DNA of 64,000 nucleotides from an uncultured Gammaproteobacteria bacterium (GTDB lineage Bacteria; Pseudomonadota; Gammaproteobacteria; Legionellales; Legionellaceae): NCBI GenBank assembly GCA_963772805.1, contig CAVYYU010000001.1, positions 1,170 to 65,169 of the forward strand, read 5' to 3'. Shown piece by piece: positions 61,123 to 64,000 of this stretch (position 1 is its first letter; each line of letters starts with the position of its first letter). The notes under the pieces were generated by a model. It saw only the letters and a program-made list of their open reading frames with translations, ran no database searches and was not told where the DNA came from. The position numbers and the translations under genes were made by a program.

Positions 61123-63396
61123 ATGCAAAATATCGTGCCTTATAAACATATGAGTTCTAAAAAGTTTTATACGTTATTATCAGAAATCTATCGCGATTTA
61201 TCAGCAACATCCAACTTGAAAGAAATAACCAAAAAGCTAATTGATGTAACCGTACATATAATTGGCTGTGAGCGCGGTACTATATTTTTGAATGACTATC
61301 AAACAGGAGAGCTATATTCATTTATTGCCCAGGGCGATTTGCACTTTGAAATTAGAATACTCAATACTACCGGTCTCGCGGGTTGGACATTTACGAAGAA
61401 TGAACCAATTATCTTAGATAATGTAGACGGAGATGAGCGTCATAATAAACAAATTGATAATATGACTGGATTCAAAACAAAAAGCATACTCTGCGTCCCT
61501 TTAAGAAATGCTAATAGTGAACTTATTGGCGTTACTCAAATGTTAAATAAAATCGACGGTGATTTTACTGAGTCAGATATCAAGTTTGTGCAAACGCTAA
61601 CTGAGCATGCGGCAATGGCAATTCAAAACAAGATGACCATTGAACACATCGAAAATTGCCACCAAAAAGACTTGTACTTTCTAGAATCGATTTCACGAGT
61701 TTCTTCAGAAATTAATTTATCCTTATTATTAGAAAAAATCATTGATACCGTAACCAAAGCGCTGGATTCAGAACGCGCAACTTTATTTATTAATGATGAA
61801 AAAACGAATGAATTATTTACTGAGGCCGGTATTGGTTTAGAAAAGAAACAAATACGTTTTCCTAATCATCTGGGGATTGCCGGTTCCACATTCACCGCAG
61901 GCAATATAATTAATATTCCTCATGCGTACACCGACTTAAGATTTAATCCTGCTGTTGATAAACAAACAGGATTTTTTACACGATCAATACTCTCTGCACC
62001 AGTTAAAAATAAAAATGGCAAAATTATTGGTGTTACTCAGGTACTCAATAAGAGGCGCGGTGAATTTAATTCCGATGATGAGTCACAACTCCTCGCAATA
62101 AATTCACAGATATCCATGTCCATTGAAAACGCAAAACTTTTTGATGAAGTACAAAGCATTAAAAATTACAACGAAAGTATCTTAGAAAGTATGACCAATG
62201 CGGTATTAACGGTGAATACAAATAATCAGATTGCAACCTGTAATCGTGCAGGAATGAAGTTAATGCAACTCGATTCCATAGAGAAACTCATATTCAAAGA
62301 TATTGCTACCTTATTTCCAGAAGATACAAATGGATTAATTGAAAAAGTTACCTTAATTAACCATGAATCCTCAAAGATGAAACAAGATGTCTTAATGGAT
62401 ATTGAAGTAGAAATTGCCAATATTAAAATTACTGCCAATATTACCATTGTCCCCTTAATTAACGCCAATGATGAACGTTTAGGGGCAATGATCATGATTG
62501 AGGACATTAGTTCTGAAAAACGAATGAAATCAACCATGTCCCGTTACATGAGTCCTGATCTGGCAGAAAAATTAATGCAATCAAGCGACTATTCTTTAGG
62601 GGGTACAAGTACCATTGCTACCGTTTTATTCTCAGATATCCGTGATTTTACCACCATTTCAGAATCACTTGGTGCTGAAGAAACGGTGAAACTATTAAAT
62701 GAATACTTTACACTAATGGTCGATTGCATCCAAAATGAAGGAGGAATACTTGATAAGTTTATTGGTGATGCCATCATGGCTGTTTTTGGTAATCCATTCC
62801 CGCATGATGACGATCCTGACCGTGCCCTACGCTCCGCGCTTACCATGATGAATGCATTAACTGAGCTTAATCAAAAACGACTAGAACGAGAATTACCGAT
62901 TATCGATCACAGCCTAGGCCTTAATACGGATAAAATTGTTGCTGGTAATATTGGCTCCAATAAACGGATGGACTTTACTGTGATTGGTGATGGAGTAAAT
63001 CTTGCATCACGAATCGAAGGGCTATGCAAACATTACGGCGCGCATATATTAATAAGTGAGTTTACTTATGAACGCCTGAAATCAACCTACCGCATGCGCC
63101 ACATAGATAAAGTAATTGTCAAAGGCAAGAACAAAGCCGTTTCTGTTTATGAGGTACTTGATTATTATGATAAAAAATTATTCCCCCACCAAATAGAGGT
63201 GATCAATCATTTCAATAATGGCATTGAACTGTATAACAACGCCCACTGGGATAAAGCTATTTCCAGTTTTGAATCGGCATTAAAATTGCACCCAAAGGAT
63301 AAACCATCGAAGGTCTATATTGACCGCTGTCGTATATTGAAAGAAAAACCCATTGATCCAGAGTGGTGTGGCGTTTGGAAAATGCTCAGTAAATAG
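61123..63396 (+). CDS. GAF-GAF-PAS-class III adenylate cyclase with a C-terminal TPR-like segment
   Basis: Two GAF-like blocks (ATLFINDEKTNELFT..., GIAGSTFTAG), a PAS-like block, and cyclase motifs VLFSDIRDFTTISE, DKFIGDAIMAVFG and VIGDGVNLASRIE. Confidence 0.85.
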   Translation: MQNIVPYKHMSSKKFYTLLSEIYRDLSATSNLKEITKKLIDVTVHIIGCERGTIFLNDYQTGELYSFIAQGDLHFEIRILNTTGLAGWTFTKNEPIILDNVDGDERHNKQIDNMTGFKTKSILCVPLRNANSELIGVTQMLNKIDGDFTESDIKFVQTLTEHAAMAIQNKMTIEHIENCHQKDLYFLESISRVSSEINLSLLLEKIIDTVTKALDSERATLFINDEKTNELFTEAGIGLEKKQIRFPNHLGIAGSTFTAGNIINIPHAYTDLRFNPAVDKQTGFFTRSILSAPVKNKNGKIIGVTQVLNKRRGEFNSDDESQLLAINSQISMSIENAKLFDEVQSIKNYNESILESMTNAVLTVNTNNQIATCNRAGMKLMQLDSIEKLIFKDIATLFPEDTNGLIEKVTLINHESSKMKQDVLMDIEVEIANIKITANITIVPLINANDERLGAMIMIEDISSEKRMKSTMSRYMSPDLAEKLMQSSDYSLGGTSTIATVLFSDIRDFTTISESLGAEETVKLLNEYFTLMVDCIQNEGGILDKFIGDAIMAVFGNPFPHDDDPDRALRSALTMMNALTELNQKRLERELPIIDHSLGLNTDKIVAGNIGSNKRMDFTVIGDGVNLASRIEGLCKHYGAHILISEFTYERLKSTYRMRHIDKVIVKGKNKAVSVYEVLDYYDKKLFPHQIEVINHFNNGIELYNNAHWDKAISSFESALKLHPKDKPSKVYIDRCRILKEKPIDPEWCGVWKMLSK

Positions 63397-63447
63397 ATCC
63401 ACTTTATTTAAGGCTTTTTATTTAGCATTGCCCCCCCCCTAGCAGCC

Positions 63448-63783
63448 CTAATGTAACTTTTGTCCGTTAAGAACCCGAGGATCTATTGTAATTAAACAGA
63501 TTGCCCCTGTTGCATCAGTGAAGCCTACCAACAGAAATTGAGACGTAAATCCAGCAATGTTTTTTTCACCTAAATTAATACAACCCACGACAGAACGGCC
63601 TAGAAGAGTTTCTGGAGTATAGTTCTTAGTCACTTGGGCAGAAGTTTGTAAGATGCCAATATCTTCTCCAAAATCAACCCATACTTTATAAGCAGGTTTT
63701 CTGGCGCGCGGAAACTCTTCTACTTTAACTACAGTACCGGAGCGTAAATCCACTTTCTCAAAATCATCATAAGATATTATCAT
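63448..63783 (-). CDS. csaA: CsaA/YgjH-type tRNA-binding domain protein
   Basis: FEKVDLRSGTVVKVEEFPRARKPAYKVWVDFGE...GRSVVGCINLGEKNIAGFTSQFLLVG is the OB-fold tRNA-binding family signature. Confidence 0.85.
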   Translation of the reverse strand: MIISYDDFEKVDLRSGTVVKVEEFPRARKPAYKVWVDFGEDIGILQTSAQVTKNYTPETLLGRSVVGCINLGEKNIAGFTSQFLLVGFTDATGAICLITIDPRVLNGQKLH

Positions 63784-63799
63784 TTAAAAAAATCCCTTA

Positions 63800-64000
63800 C
63801 TAAGCAACCACAGGTAAATCAGTTGAACGTAATTCCGGCACTAAGCTCTTTAATAAAATAAATAATTCTACAACTTGATATTCAGCACAAGCCATATTGA
63901 GCAAATGCATCGCCTGTGATAATTCATCCCAATCTAATTCGCGAAACTTGGCTTTAAAGAGCTTTTCATGTTCTGTAGACGCTAATTGTTCTGATTCGTG
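63800..64000 (-). CDS. Partial CDS (C-terminal 66 codons of an unknown protein, continuing beyond the window end)
   Basis: My translation of the minus strand is open from the window edge to TAG at 63802-63800: HESEQLASTEHEKLFKAKFRELDWDELSQAMHLLNMACAEYQVVELFILLKSLVPELRSTDLPVVA. Confidence 0.4.
   Translation of the reverse strand, partial: HESEQLASTEHEKLFKAKFRELDWDELSQAMHLLNMACAEYQVVELFILLKSLVPELRSTDLPVVA

Overview
This 64-kb window joins two very different parts.

**Part A (1 to ~14.4 kb)** is GC-rich (judged by eye, not computed) and carries alphaproteobacterial-type core genes:
- a partial TadA-like deaminase, a frameshifted CPA2 antiporter and thyX
- two unknown Gly/Ala/Pro-rich ORFs
- a circularly permuted two-piece tmRNA, directly followed by an alpha-type sspB
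- a signal-peptide-bearing katG with a 1-nt frameshift
- a ~1.8-kb insertion (fosA-family gene plus an alpha/beta hydrolase) bracketed by a 133-bp direct repeat
- apbC/mrp, hflK and hflC
- two ~150-bp palindromic intergenic elements

**Part B (~14.45 to 64 kb)** is AT-rich and Legionellales-like:
- a 3,452-aa ORF with an SF2-like ATPase core
- housekeeping genes: mlaA, gshA-gshB, a rhodanese, udk, fabI, kdsA, pyrG (interrupted by one in-frame TGA), ribBA, ribD, a BepA-like protease, yajQ, an MFS transporter, phnA, yjbQ, an APC permease and csaA
- an alkaline-phosphatase-superfamily enzyme
- a decayed IS110 transposase next to a helical-repeat, effector-like protein
- several orphan ORFs
- a chemosensory cluster (cheW-cheR / cheW-mcp-cheA-cheB) whose last gene is a receiver-class III adenylate cyclase fusion
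- a GAF-GAF-PAS-cyclase

I found no rRNA, tRNA or CRISPR array.

**Items worth a second look:**
- the giant ATPase gene
- the Che-to-cyclase cluster
- the abrupt A/B junction (chimera versus real transfer)
- the duplicated tmRNA tag
- the Campbell-type fosA insertion
- the nonsense codon in pyrG

All identifications come from reading the supplied translations and sequence by eye. No database search was run.
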